Positions 52,801 to 64,000 of a stretch of DNA of 64,000 bases are shown here, piece by piece (the first letter of the stretch is position 1; the number at the start of each line of letters is the position of its first letter). The notes beneath the pieces were generated by a model, which was not told where the DNA came from, made no database searches, and worked only from the letters and a program-made list of their open reading frames with translations. The translations under genes and the position numbers were made by a program. Source of the DNA: Bugula neritina. Taxonomy: Eukaryota; Animalia; Bryozoa. Where the stretch lies: positions 28,441,673 through 28,505,672 of the forward strand of contig OZ037766.1 in NCBI GenBank assembly GCA_964035545.1, given 5' to 3'.

Positions 52801-54475
52801 CTGTGTCTCACCCAGGCTTTACCTGCAGAATAGAGAACAATTACTCGGACTATACAAACACACTGAGATATACCAGACTATCAGAACAAGACAAAAATGA
52901 TAAAAACATCAGCCTAAATTGATAACTATCAAACTGAATGATTTGATTTTACACAGTACAAGTTAACTTTGGTAATCTACAGTTCTCTTTATCTTTATTG
53001 TTCACATATCAGATTTAAAAATTGATAACTTTACTGTGCAACTGCGAAGAATAAGTTGAAAATAACTACAGTACTTCAACAGAATTATTTGTATTTGAGC
53101 ATATGAATTGGATACTTTATAGGTGCATGTACACCCATTATACCGACAAGATATCACTGAGGTGATTAGAGGTTGGGGTTTGTAATATATAGTCCTGAGT
53201 TACAGTTTGGAATTACAACAATGTTTGCCTTTCAGCAACTAGTAAAATTATATCTAAACTTGAAACTGTATTGCAATGTCATGCAGTATATAAAACTTTT
53301 TCAAAAATGTCAAAGTTAATTTACTGAATTAAACTCCTCGCTTATAAAACTATGCCAGTATCAGTTTGAAATGCTAAGCTTAAGACTAGACACTAAAAAA
53401 ATTCTAATGTTATACTAGACATTAACAAATGGGATCAAAAACTACTACAAAAAGATTTGAAGATTTTCTACATTATCGATATAAAATAGTGGGCAACTCC
53501 AAAATACCTTCAGAAATGTCTTCTTCAATGGATATTTTTCTAATTTTCTCTGCAGATGGTGCCAAAACTGGATTCAGCCATTGCAGAGATTTAATGAACC
53601 GACTATAGTCTAGTGTAGATGATTGATTAGGTAACTAAATATAAATATAACAATATTATATAACACATTGAATATAATATTATGATGCAACCTTTGTACT
53701 ATATATTGACATTCAAGATGAATAGTAATTGTAATAGTAATGAATAATAATGCATACCAAAAGAGCAAAGAGAAAGAATGTGTGAATTGAGAGTTGACTG
53801 AGTAGGAAGAGAGTACCTTATGAATTATTTTTGGCACAAACATGCTGTCATATAGTTTACATATTCCACCTTGAGCAACCACTCTTTAGCTCACAAAGTA
53901 GTAAGATAGTAAGATCGAGAATCAGAATAACTTATTCTATTCATACTCATATCCAAATAGTTTCAATTGAAAGTTGAATTTAAATTTTGAAATTTAGCTT
54001 TGCATTAAATATTAAAAAAATATTTTACTTTAAATGATAACAAATACTGAAAGATTTTGCAGAACTTTAAATAACTGAGCTGCAAACAAGGATTAAATGT
54101 CAACTCTTTTTAAAGCTGAAGAGTGTAATAATTTTAGTGCACCATTGCAAGAATTAATACAGAACAGAGCAGTAGTGAACAAACCTCAAAACCAATTAAC
54201 TGTCTGCAAACAAAAATACAATTAAATTCACCAAACAGTTATAACATAAATATTAAATCATAAAAAACATAGAGTGCTTGCTATAAGTGATACTCAAGAG
54301 TGTTTCAAAGAAAGCATACATGTGAGTATTTGAGCCCGTGGTTGAGAATATTTTCTAGACAGAGACTGAGTCGTTTGAGCCCTCCGTATATAGACCAAAC
54401 ATTGGCAGTGGGCATAGACAAGAGACCCTCTACAGTAGACTTTGCATCTCTCAGTAGTCGGTCTAACTCGGCCAT
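40869..54475 (-). CDS. RUBCN: Rubicon (RUN domain Beclin-1-interacting, cysteine-rich protein), about 20 exons; terminal exon not resolved
   Basis: N-terminal [28 protein letters not shown] (RUN domain), then [21 protein letters not shown] and [42 protein letters not shown]. Rubicon-homology motifs [54 protein letters not shown]. Confidence 0.95.
40935..41125 (-). repeat. ~63-bp degenerate tandem repeat spanning a Rubicon acceptor junction (3 copies)
   Basis: GCTATGGTAACA-GAGAGGCAAT-TACAGA occurs three times. The first copy is the exon start plus acceptor. Confidence 0.85.
43095..43207 (-). repeat. 20-bp minisatellite abutting a Rubicon donor
   Basis: Plus-strand unit CACTTAGTACTGTGACTATT, about 5 copies. 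Confidence 0.9.
46171..46337. repeat. 18-bp minisatellite near a Rubicon donor
   Basis: Unit ACTACTACTAACTGAGTT, about 9 copies. Confidence 0.95.
49281..49655 (-). repeat. 40-bp tandem repeat spanning a Rubicon donor junction (9 GTAAGT copies)
   Basis: Minus-strand unit CAACATTGATCATAGCTTG|GTAAGTGAAGATAACTCTCAC. Exact 40-bp period of plus-strand ACTTACC from ~49307 to ~49633. Confidence 0.97.
52510..52640 (-). mobile_element. Degenerate SINE-like dispersed repeat, copy 2
   Basis: Reverse complement aligns by eye to 455-585. Confidence 0.45.
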
Positions 54476-54944
54476 CCTATAAACAGCAACTAAATCTTCA
54501 AAGGTGGTGAATTGTAAATAAATATAATAGTCTTCAGGCAAATACTTGAAACTAATATCCCACCATTACTATAGATACCAACCAAACAAAGATGAATTCA
54601 TTTTTATTAGTATTTGTAGTATTATAAATATTAAATCTTAACACAATAAAAGCATTAATATATGCAAGTAAAATATGAATACTTCAATTGAACAAAGGTT
54701 AAATACATTGCAATGAATTATAATAGTTATAATAGGACACTCACAATACCTCTTACATTCCTATATCATGTGACAGCATAATAAAATGAGCAAATGGCAA
54801 ATTAAGAGTCCACATTCATGAAAAACAATGAAAAGGGAAAGTAATTCTTAATTATAATATGGAAATCACTGTCGCAAGTCATACTGGAAGCATCAAAGTC
54901 AAACACATTAGGTTAAAAGATCCATCACCTGTGATTTACTAAAT

Positions 54945-55560
54945 ATAATAATTTAATAGTAATACTAACATACTTACTAAACTAACTTACTATCATACTA
55001 ATAATATTAATAATAGTAATATTAATAGTAACACTTATAGTTATACCTATTCTATAGTAAATGTAATACTAATAGTAATAGTAATACTAATAGTAATAGT
55101 AACACTAAGAAACAAGAGTAAGAGTAAGTCTAATACTAATAATATTAATAATAGTTATACTATTAGTAATACTGTATTACTATTAGTATTACTATTAGTA
55201 TTACTATTAGTATTACTATTAGAAATAGTATTAGTATTACTATTAGTATTAGATTTAGTATTACTATTAGTATTACTATTACAGTATTAGTAATACTGTA
55301 TTAGTATTACTATTAATATTATTAATACTAATAATATTAGTAAAGTCTAATAGTAATAGTAAAACTAAATCAAAATGTAATACTTCAGTAATACTAATAA
55401 TAATAATTACAATATCTAATAATTCAATAAGTAATAACTTAAACTAATAACTAATAGTAATAAGTAATAATAATAAGAATAAGTTTTATACTTATAGTTA
55501 TACTGATACTCCACGTTTAATAGTCATAATAACAGTAATAATACTAATAGTAATAGTAAG
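54945..55560. repeat. Low-complexity (TAA/TAG/TAC)n region
   Basis: Repeated AGTATTACTATT / AATAGTAATACT. Confidence 0.8.
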
Positions 55561-56906
55561 TTATGGCTATTGCTTAATGATTTGCATGACAGCTCTTAGT
55601 CATTTATATTAGAAGTTAAGAAGATTTAATCTCGAAGGCTAATTATTATTACATAAAATTAAATAAAATCAAGACCCCAGTAAATTTTACATAGTCATTA
55701 TGATTATAGCCTACGTCCCTCAATAAATTGGAAATACCACTGAGCTGGAATAGCTGGAAAGCTGGAAACCACTAGCTGGAATGTTAATAATTATTGAGTT
55801 CATTGGGAAATACTTAGCAAAGTAAAAACTTTGTTACGGCTAGGTCATGGCTGTTTTTCTATGTCAAGGTTCGTTGAAGCTCTAATCGGCATTATACATA
55901 AAAATATTGAAGTTACATATCCGATATTTGTTGTAGTATAAATTTGAATAATTTATAAAAATTTTTGATTTTTTATTAAAATAAATCGCAACGTTTTTTT
56001 TTTTATTTGTAAAATGCAAGGGTTAATAGCTCTGGCATTTACATTGTGGGTTAAAAACATTGCTTCATAATATCCGCATTCATAATCATTGAATATTATT
56101 TTTTCAGTAAAATAATTTTTATATTGTTAATAATATTATACCTCTACTTGTAGTGCCACTAGTACTGGTAATAGATAATTTAATACAATGGCAACTGTAC
56201 AACGCTCTTTTGACTGTAATCTTTAAAACATCATTCTATTTCTTAGCGTTACTGAGTAGTGGAGTCACTCACACTGTAAGTGTCAGTGTGACTGTCACTG
56301 TGAGTGTGAGAGTCAGAGTGTCCCTGTCAGTGTCACTGTGACTGTAGTAGTGTAGTTGTAATTCTAGTTGTACTTAGTAGTCACCACTGCATGAGATTGA
56401 GTGCAAGTGCAAGAACTATTGACATGCTGAAACCGATAGTAATACTGCTGCTTACACCAAAACTTACCATAATGATAATTGCTAACGTGCTTGAAAAGTA
56501 AAATCTAAGCCTAAGGGCTAAAGCCAAGTCAGTCACTGTAAGTGTAAGTGTAACTGTAGGCCTGGTAATGTTAACTTAAAATGTATGGTAAAAGTCTAAT
56601 AATTATAAAGGTATAACTAATAGTAATACTATTAGTAATGTATTAATGCAAATACTATTAGTATTAGTAATACTGATAGTAATAACTTTTCGTAATTGTT
56701 GATATATCTGCTTTTAAAATTAGCAATTTTGACATTTACAATAGTCAAAACTACTAGTACTACTATTATCATTGCTAATGGTTAGTTACTAATAGTGAAG
56801 TAATATCAACAGTAATACTAATAGCCAATTGACTGATCTATAAATATTCAATAGGTGCCAAGAGTCTTGTAATAGCTACTAGGAGTGGAAATCTAAAAAG
56901 ATAAAG

Positions 56907-59583
56907 ATGTTCAAAAAGTATGTACAGTCTTCATTTATTTTTACTTATACAAATACATAGAGTTTGCATTTAGTTTTAAGTTAAATTCATTTTCAATTCT
57001 CATCAGAATTATAATGTTTAAAGTTACATTATGATCATGAATAATACCAATATGTTTATAGCCCATTGGCCATAGTCATATAATTGTAACAATAAGTATG
57101 AGACCAACACCAAGTGACAAAAGCCTTTTAGTTGTTCAACGTAATATTTATAATCTGTTGATAATGTTTTTCTAATCCTGTGATCAAAAAGTTGAAGCGT
57201 TCGCATAATTATCAAATAAATTATAACTTTGTTTTTCTTGCTTTTAGTTTAGGTTAGTTATTTATTCTTACAGCAATGGTAAATATAGTAGCACAATTGG
57301 CATATTTTCTTGTCTGCGTACGATTGGAGCAAGTAAATATTTATTTATTTATTTAGTACTTGAAGAACTTAAGTAATATACCTGTACTCTTTTGTCCTGA
57401 TATATGTTTTGCTTATCATCCTAGTGACTATTTTTCTCAAGTTTTTTTATTAAAGCCCTATCTTTGTGTTCTGTGTGTGACTAATTATGTATTCAGGCCT
57501 AGTTATAATTCAATTTGAATTAAAATAAATCGCTAAAAGTTATAAAGAAAGTAAATTAAACTACCTGAATATATCTCTATTATTTTTTATAGAGTTTAGC
57601 TCATTCATTAGCATATCCTTACGCTTAAAGGCTATGTATTTAATATTTATTTTTGTAGCAATAATGCAAAACTTCTATTGCATTTCTTGTTGTAATTTTT
57701 GTTCGAGCAGACTATGTCAGGTGTGGTGTTTTTAGATTTGTAGATAAAGAAAATGTAACAAGTGTAAACCAGCTCAAATCATCAGTGCAGCGTGGGATGA
57801 AGTCTAAAATTATCGAACAGTTCCCTCAGATAGAAAGTATTTGGGATGAAGTTGTGCCAAAAAAGACAGGTCTAAAGCTTGCGAAATGGTAGGAATGTGT
57901 AAAATGAGTTGTGTAAAGCTATTCTGTCTGAATAATGAGTTATTTGAGAAACCTCAATGACATATGCAACTATAAGTAGCACTAGACATTTTGTTTTTAT
58001 TCATCTGTTATTTTATTGTTGTTAAATTTCTGTAGTACCCACTTGAATACTTTTCTCACATCTGTTTCACATACTAAAAATATGATTATAAGCTTTCATC
58101 AAAATGTTTTCATCATAAACCTAAAATCCCTACTTCACAGTTTTTTCTGATCTTATAGCTGTTAATATTCTGATTTCATGACTTGGCATCAGTCTTTCAG
58201 TCATTGTTTGCAAGGAACTTGGTTATTTAGTTTATATAGAATGTGGCTAATTGAGGCTTGTTTCTCATCTTAAGTTACTTTCCTCTTTGCTGTTGCAGCC
58301 AGGACCACGTTGAGATGCTTGCTCACGGCGACACCGGTGATGTTCTCTTTTTCAAAATGAGAGATGATGTTTTCTATCCGACTCTAAAGTTACTTCATCA
58401 GTGCAAGTCTATATAAACTACTCAGTAGCAACTGTTGGTTGTAATTATAAGTATGCATTTGTGCAAACTTTATATTATAGAGATAATGCAAATATTTGTC
58501 ATGGGAAGCTTTGAAAACGATATTTCTTCAATCAACTGAGAATTTTAGTGATTATTAGTAAAGGGAATGAATTTCTATGCCAAATATTGTATTAACCTGT
58601 GGACTAGTGATTCTATATAGCATATTCCGTTTTGGAGTTATCTGTTGCTGAAACTAATGATTGGTAATGCAATGAAAAATGGGTTAGCTGAAATTTGTAT
58701 TATAACGAAATGGCAAATTGCCTCCTGCAATCCATGTAGTTAAATATAATTAAAGTTCTAAATTTATAAAAAAAATTGTTAAAATTTGATGAGTGACTTA
58801 GTTTGGAACTTACTAGCTTTAATAAAGTAGCTTTCCAAGTCTGACTGATATATTATAAATTTTATAGCAGTAATTTTGATGAAAATATCATTATTTTTGG
58901 CATTATAATATTGTTATTAGTATTCCTGTGTACTGTAGACCCTTTCATATGTCCCCACCAACAAGTGGATAAAGGTGCTATCAAATTTATACTTTCCGGA
59001 GCTCATATCATGTGCCCAGGGCTAACTTCACCAGGTACATAGGCTAATATTCTCACTTAGTCTACCAGGACATAGATGTTTGCCCACCTAATCCAGACTC
59101 AATTTAAACTCATTTTCTAGTGATAGCGAATCCACACCCATCTTGTGTTTAACTTTTACTGCTTTCTCTAGATTAGAGAAATAAAAAAGTGCAACCTATT
59201 TACTTTGCAAATGTTCAATGCAGTAGTCTGGGAAAACATTTACAAGATAAAATATTTTAGTGTAAATTTTGCTGGCCAGTTTTTATATACATACTCTGTA
59301 ACTTCATCAGTGTTAGTAGCGGCATTATTAACAATCAATAAGCTATATGAACCTCCTTATGCTTTTTGTAACCTGTGCATTCATTTATCGCCCAGGAGCA
59401 AAGATGTCTAAAGTAGAAAGCGGGCAAGTGGTGGCGGTGATGGCAGAAGGAAAGCAGCACGCCGTTGCTATTGGTCTGATGAAAATGAGCTCCGAGGAGC
59501 TGAAGGCTAAGAACAAGGGGATCGGAGTTGACAACATTCACTATCTAAATGATGGCCTGTGGCTTATGAAACCAGTGAAATAG
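56907..59583 (+). CDS. MCTS1: Malignant T-cell-amplified sequence 1 (PUA-domain translation reinitiation factor), 5 exons, 183 aa
   Basis: Exons 56907-56917, 57736-57888, 58299-58402, 58939-59034 and 59396-59583 (552 nt). Translation [68 protein letters not shown]. Confidence 0.97.
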
Positions 59584-60407
59584 AGCGGTTGGAGTGGTGG
59601 AAATATACTAACATGTATAAACATACTTCATGAAATGGTCGCAACATCCGACACCATACACCGAAATTGCAAGATTTTTCCAAATGTAACCACCAAAGAT
59701 AATGAAAGATTGTATTACTACATACGCAGTAGTCAGGACTGTTTTTTGTTTGGTATGAGACAAGATTTCTCTTCCTACTTCATTTATTGTTTCTATATTA
59801 AACATTGCATCACATTCATGCTAAAGAAATGAGTATATTTTGTATTTACACTCATAAAATATAATGTTAAGTATTTGTGACATTTATTTGGTTCATGATG
59901 AATTAAGTAAATATCCAAAGTAATACAACCTAAGTAACATAGACAAATTAGTGCGTTTATAACTACATATGCTTGCACAAAATATGATTTCAAAAAATGC
60001 TTAAAGGTTATACATTATCTGCTATTGCTACTCATTCAACTAATGCATCCACAATCTCAAGTGGCAAAAAGATATTATAATTCTCAACAAAAATAAACTC
60101 TTTGGTGTTCAATAAATAGCAAAAATATATGGGGCCTAATACTCATTGATTTTGTAATACTAATGCTAGAAAGACTAAAGGTAAAATGGGTTTATTATAA
60201 TAATCAGCATAAGCAACTGCAACACATGTAGCTGTTTAATAATGATGCTAGAATATCTCTGGTTGCTAAATCCACAGCATTTCATCCACTTCTGTTGCAT
60301 CCTTATGTTTGTCTCATTAATTTCACTTAAATATTATTGTCTGGAGAATACTTTTTAGACACCTATTATATTACCTAGAATACTCTTACTACACGAAGTA
60401 GAACACA

Positions 60408-60593
60408 CATATTGTGTAGATAACTCCTACTATATTGTGTAGATAACTCCCACTATATTGTGTAGATAACTCTTACTATATTGTGTAGATAACTCCCACT
60501 ATATTGTGTAGATAACTCCTACTATATTTTGTAAACAACTCCCACTATATTGTGTAGATAACTCCCACTATATTGTGTAGATAACTCCTACTA
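60408..60593. repeat. 23-bp minisatellite (about 8 copies) next to the last recognisable glycogenin exon
   Basis: Unit TATTGTGTAGATAACTCC(C/T)ACTA. Confidence 0.95.
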
Positions 60594-60595
60594 CA

Positions 60596-63500
60596 CTAAG
60601 AAGAATTGTCAGCAAACATACTCTCCTTTTTCAAAGCACTTTTAAGAGGTTTCCCTTTAGTTGTAGTCAAAGACTTTGCGAGTGGAGTATTTATTTGTCG
60701 TGGCAAACTTTCTCCAATCTCTGAGTCTAAATGCTTTCTAATTTCTTCAAAGCTACAAAACAAGCAAAATCATCCTAGTGTCTAGTTGCTCCTATAAATA
60801 TTATCTCAGCATCACTAAATTCTGCAAAAGCATTTTAACATCGGTCTAATAGCTACTGCCCGTAGATATGCAGCATAATTCAATTATGGCTACTTTAATG
60901 TTGGGAAGTACAACAGTTTATACAGTTGAAACTTTTTCAACTAAAAGCTACACAAAGTTTGCTGCAGGAAAACTGTAAGTATTGTTTCGGAATTACACTA
61001 TAAAAGAAATTTACCAACACTTTAGATGATTTTTAGAGCACACTATTAATTAAACATTTTAAGGCTAAGTAGAACCACAGAATGACCCCCCCCCCCTTCA
61101 TCGCAACATGGCCTCATTATAGAACTATGCTATGCTTTTTCTATCAACAACAAGTAAAACTAAGTGAAGTCAGCAAGCATATTAGTTCATTGCAAAGAGA
61201 GTCCTTATATGAATGGAGTATGACCTTCACCTGTCAGCACCGAGGTAATCTATGTCTCCATGTTCCCAGTCAGTTTGTCTCTCTTCAAGTGACTTGACAG
61301 GATGACTTTCACTGCCAACGAGAGATGTACCTTTAAGTTGAGGCATCACCTGCTCCTACATGGAGTTCAATATCAAAATGTGTGATATTGACTTAAAAAT
61401 GGACTTGACAAGACTTTATACTTGATATGTAGCATGTATAAGTATATAGCATATATACATTCATAGCATATATACATATATACATTCATAGCATATACAC
61501 ATATATACATTAATAGCATATATACATATATACATTCATAGCATATATACATATATAGCATCCTAGGTAACTCGGGCCTACCACTAGAAAGCTAGAGTTG
61601 ACAAAAATAAAGTAATTCATGATACAGACTGCCTCTTGTAATATCCATGTTAATGATATCTAATTAGGCATCTTTTTTCGTTTCTTTTGTACTATTAGAA
61701 AACTTTTGATTTTCTGACTACCCACAAAGTTGCGTGTCCTATAAAACTGCATACATTTGCCTAAAAATGTCCTACAACATAGCATTTCTATAGAATGTAT
61801 TCAAGAGACAGTCTTCTTAAACTAGTTCACATCGTAGATTAAATGTATGGAGAAACTGTTGCAATTTGACTGAAATCAAAATGATAACTTCTTGTTCAAC
61901 CTTTTTATCTAAAATTTTCAATACTAAAATTTGAATACATTATAGGGTCACTAACCACTAAATGAATCAACAAGGGCAAATTTACTGCATAAATTTATTT
62001 TAAACCACTGGCATGAGACTACAAATCACTCAAGTAACAGAAACTCAAAATTGTATAAATTTGAAAGAAGACTGGCCATGCACAGATATATATAACAAGG
62101 GAAGTTCAAAAGAGGAATGGATTAAAACATGGATAGCTAAAGCTTTAAATTTACTGTCTTTCTAAGTAACACTCTCTTGTTGATAATCTAAGTAAAATTT
62201 AAAAGAGCGCTAATGATCCCATTGATCAAGATAGTAAATGCATAACAGGGAGATTTAATTCTATGATCGGCTGACTCATGCAACTATTTATAGATAAATT
62301 TGAGTAGAAGAAGGCAAAAGAAGAATAGCTGTAAATATACACACCAAACCAGGATTTCTTCATTCAATGAACTAGAAAAGTAGAATTGAAAAAAAATAAA
62401 CACACAGGGAGCTGGTAATTAGAAGAGGGTGAAACATAATTATTGAGAAAGTGTTAATGCACTCACTGGCTGCATGCAAAGTAGGACAAAATAATTCAAA
62501 ATGATGCACTGCACACAATATTGACAATCAGGTTTAGTAAATGAACATACAAGAAGAGTGATGCTAAAAGACTGTTCACTCTGGGGTGCCTCAGAAACAG
62601 TTTCAACTGTAGCTTCAGTTTCGCTCTTTTGTGAATCTTCCTTTAACCTGGTCTCTAAACCTGGCTTCTTGGAAGTTAAGAAATAATATTTCTTACACGC
62701 GTATACTAATTTACAGGTTAATATCATTAGATTACAATATCTTTAAAAATAGATAGCAAAATGCTTTAGTACAAAATCTTCTTAAACAGACCACCCATGC
62801 ACAGGCATATGCAAATAGATAGAGTAACACTGCGTTTAGAAAGTCTAGCAAAATTAAATAGATGCATAAATATAAATTAATATATAAATGTATATACAAC
62901 ACAATTCTATCTACAATAAATATTCAATGTCTACACATACATCACATTTGATAAGCTGAACTACATACAGCCGTGAACACAATAAACATTTAAAAAATTT
63001 ATTATTTCAATATTTCAATAGTATCGTTAGAAACAATGACTGGTGCAATTAAACGCAATCACAAGGATAAAACATCCCATTAGTGACAATAGTATCAAAT
63101 TATAACTAGCTTGCATTATTCTGCCGAAATACAATGAATCATAAATCCTTAGATGATGTCACTAGACTAAAAACTTACAGCGCTGGAGAGAGAGAGTAGA
63201 GGAAGCACACTAGATACAAATCTCTGCCACCAAAGAGACAGGAAGTCGCCGTTATAGGAAGTAGAAGCAGCCGACACTGGTTGACCTACATAAGTGTAGC
63301 AACATTGAGACAGGTTAGTGACAGCAGAGATGCTTAGTTGTGGTCATAACATGGAAAAACACTTCAGCATTACAGATGCTCTATTATATCACCAAAAAAT
63401 AAAAGATTATTGCCAAAAATAACACAAAATTATAAAACTGATAGAATTTATCTACTCCTGATACAGTTTACAACTCTTACGGCCTGCAAAAAACTATTGC

Positions 63501-63934
63501 ATAGTTTTATTCAAAACCTTTGGCATAGTTTACTGATTTCACTTTCAACAAAACTTTTTATTTAGAAAGACCACTGAAAGACCTTTAAATCTGTAACATG
63601 AAACGATCTAAAGAAATTGCTCTTAAAGATCCCTAAATCAGTTATAAAATGGGGGCAAACTACTATTGGGCTCCAGCACAAGTAAAAGTACGGTGAATTC
63701 ATTCAACTGTGACTTGAACCTTATTAGATATATTCCAAAACCTGGACAATAAACCCTGAGATTTGCTAAAGACAAGTGTACATCGAAATTCATAAAAATT
63801 ATCAAACAAAATGAACAACATGAAAAGATTGGGACTAATATTGTTACTGTAGAATACCTGTAGATTCATTGTAGCTGTAGTCCCAAGGCTTGAATGCACC
63901 AATAAAATGGCAAATCTTGGTTTGAGATCCAAAC
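60596..63934 (-). CDS. GYG1: Glycogenin, 3' portion (exons about 63934-63858, 63285-63179, 62668-62551, 61355-61231, 60752-60596); 5' exons lie beyond the window
   Basis: FGSQTKICHFIGAFKPWDYSYN..FLSLWWQRFVSSVLPLL is the GT8 HxxGxxKPW region. EERQTDWEHGDIDYLGADSFEEIRKHLD is the glycogen-synthase-binding motif. The stop position and middle exon boundaries are tentative. Confidence 0.9.
61425..61561. repeat. ~27-bp AT-rich intronic minisatellite
   Basis: Unit approximately TAGCATATATACATATATACATTCA. Confidence 0.85.
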
Positions 63935-64000
63935 CTACAAAGTAAAGATATATTATACAGGTTGTTAATAACTCCTAACAAAAAAATGCTGTTAAATTTA

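Overview
AT-rich, intron-rich animal genomic DNA. An invertebrate, possibly lophotrochozoan, source is my inference, not a determination. I assembled the gene models by eye from splice sites and reading frames. Left to right: a two-exon orphan gene (minus) just upstream of, and possibly inside an intron of, a DEG/ENaC channel gene whose last two exons are visible (plus); tripeptidyl-peptidase II (about 27 exons, plus); and an apparently intact 5.4 kb PIF/Harbinger transposon (15-bp TIRs, TTA TSD, spliced DDE transposase plus convergent MADF gene). Next come three small minus-strand genes with defence-like architecture: a secreted cationic precursor, a type II membrane D8C-domain protein and a CS-alpha-beta defensin-like precursor missed by the ORF track. 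A TTAA MITE nested in a foldback and a solo LTR sit in or near this group. The window ends with Rubicon (minus), MCTS1 (plus) and the 3' part of glycogenin (minus). The most unusual signal is a recurrent class of tandem repeats whose unit is the exon-intron junction (or stop-codon region) itself, giving arrays of up to 12 decoy splice donors in TPP2 and Rubicon. Several arrays share a GAGTTA(T/C) core.
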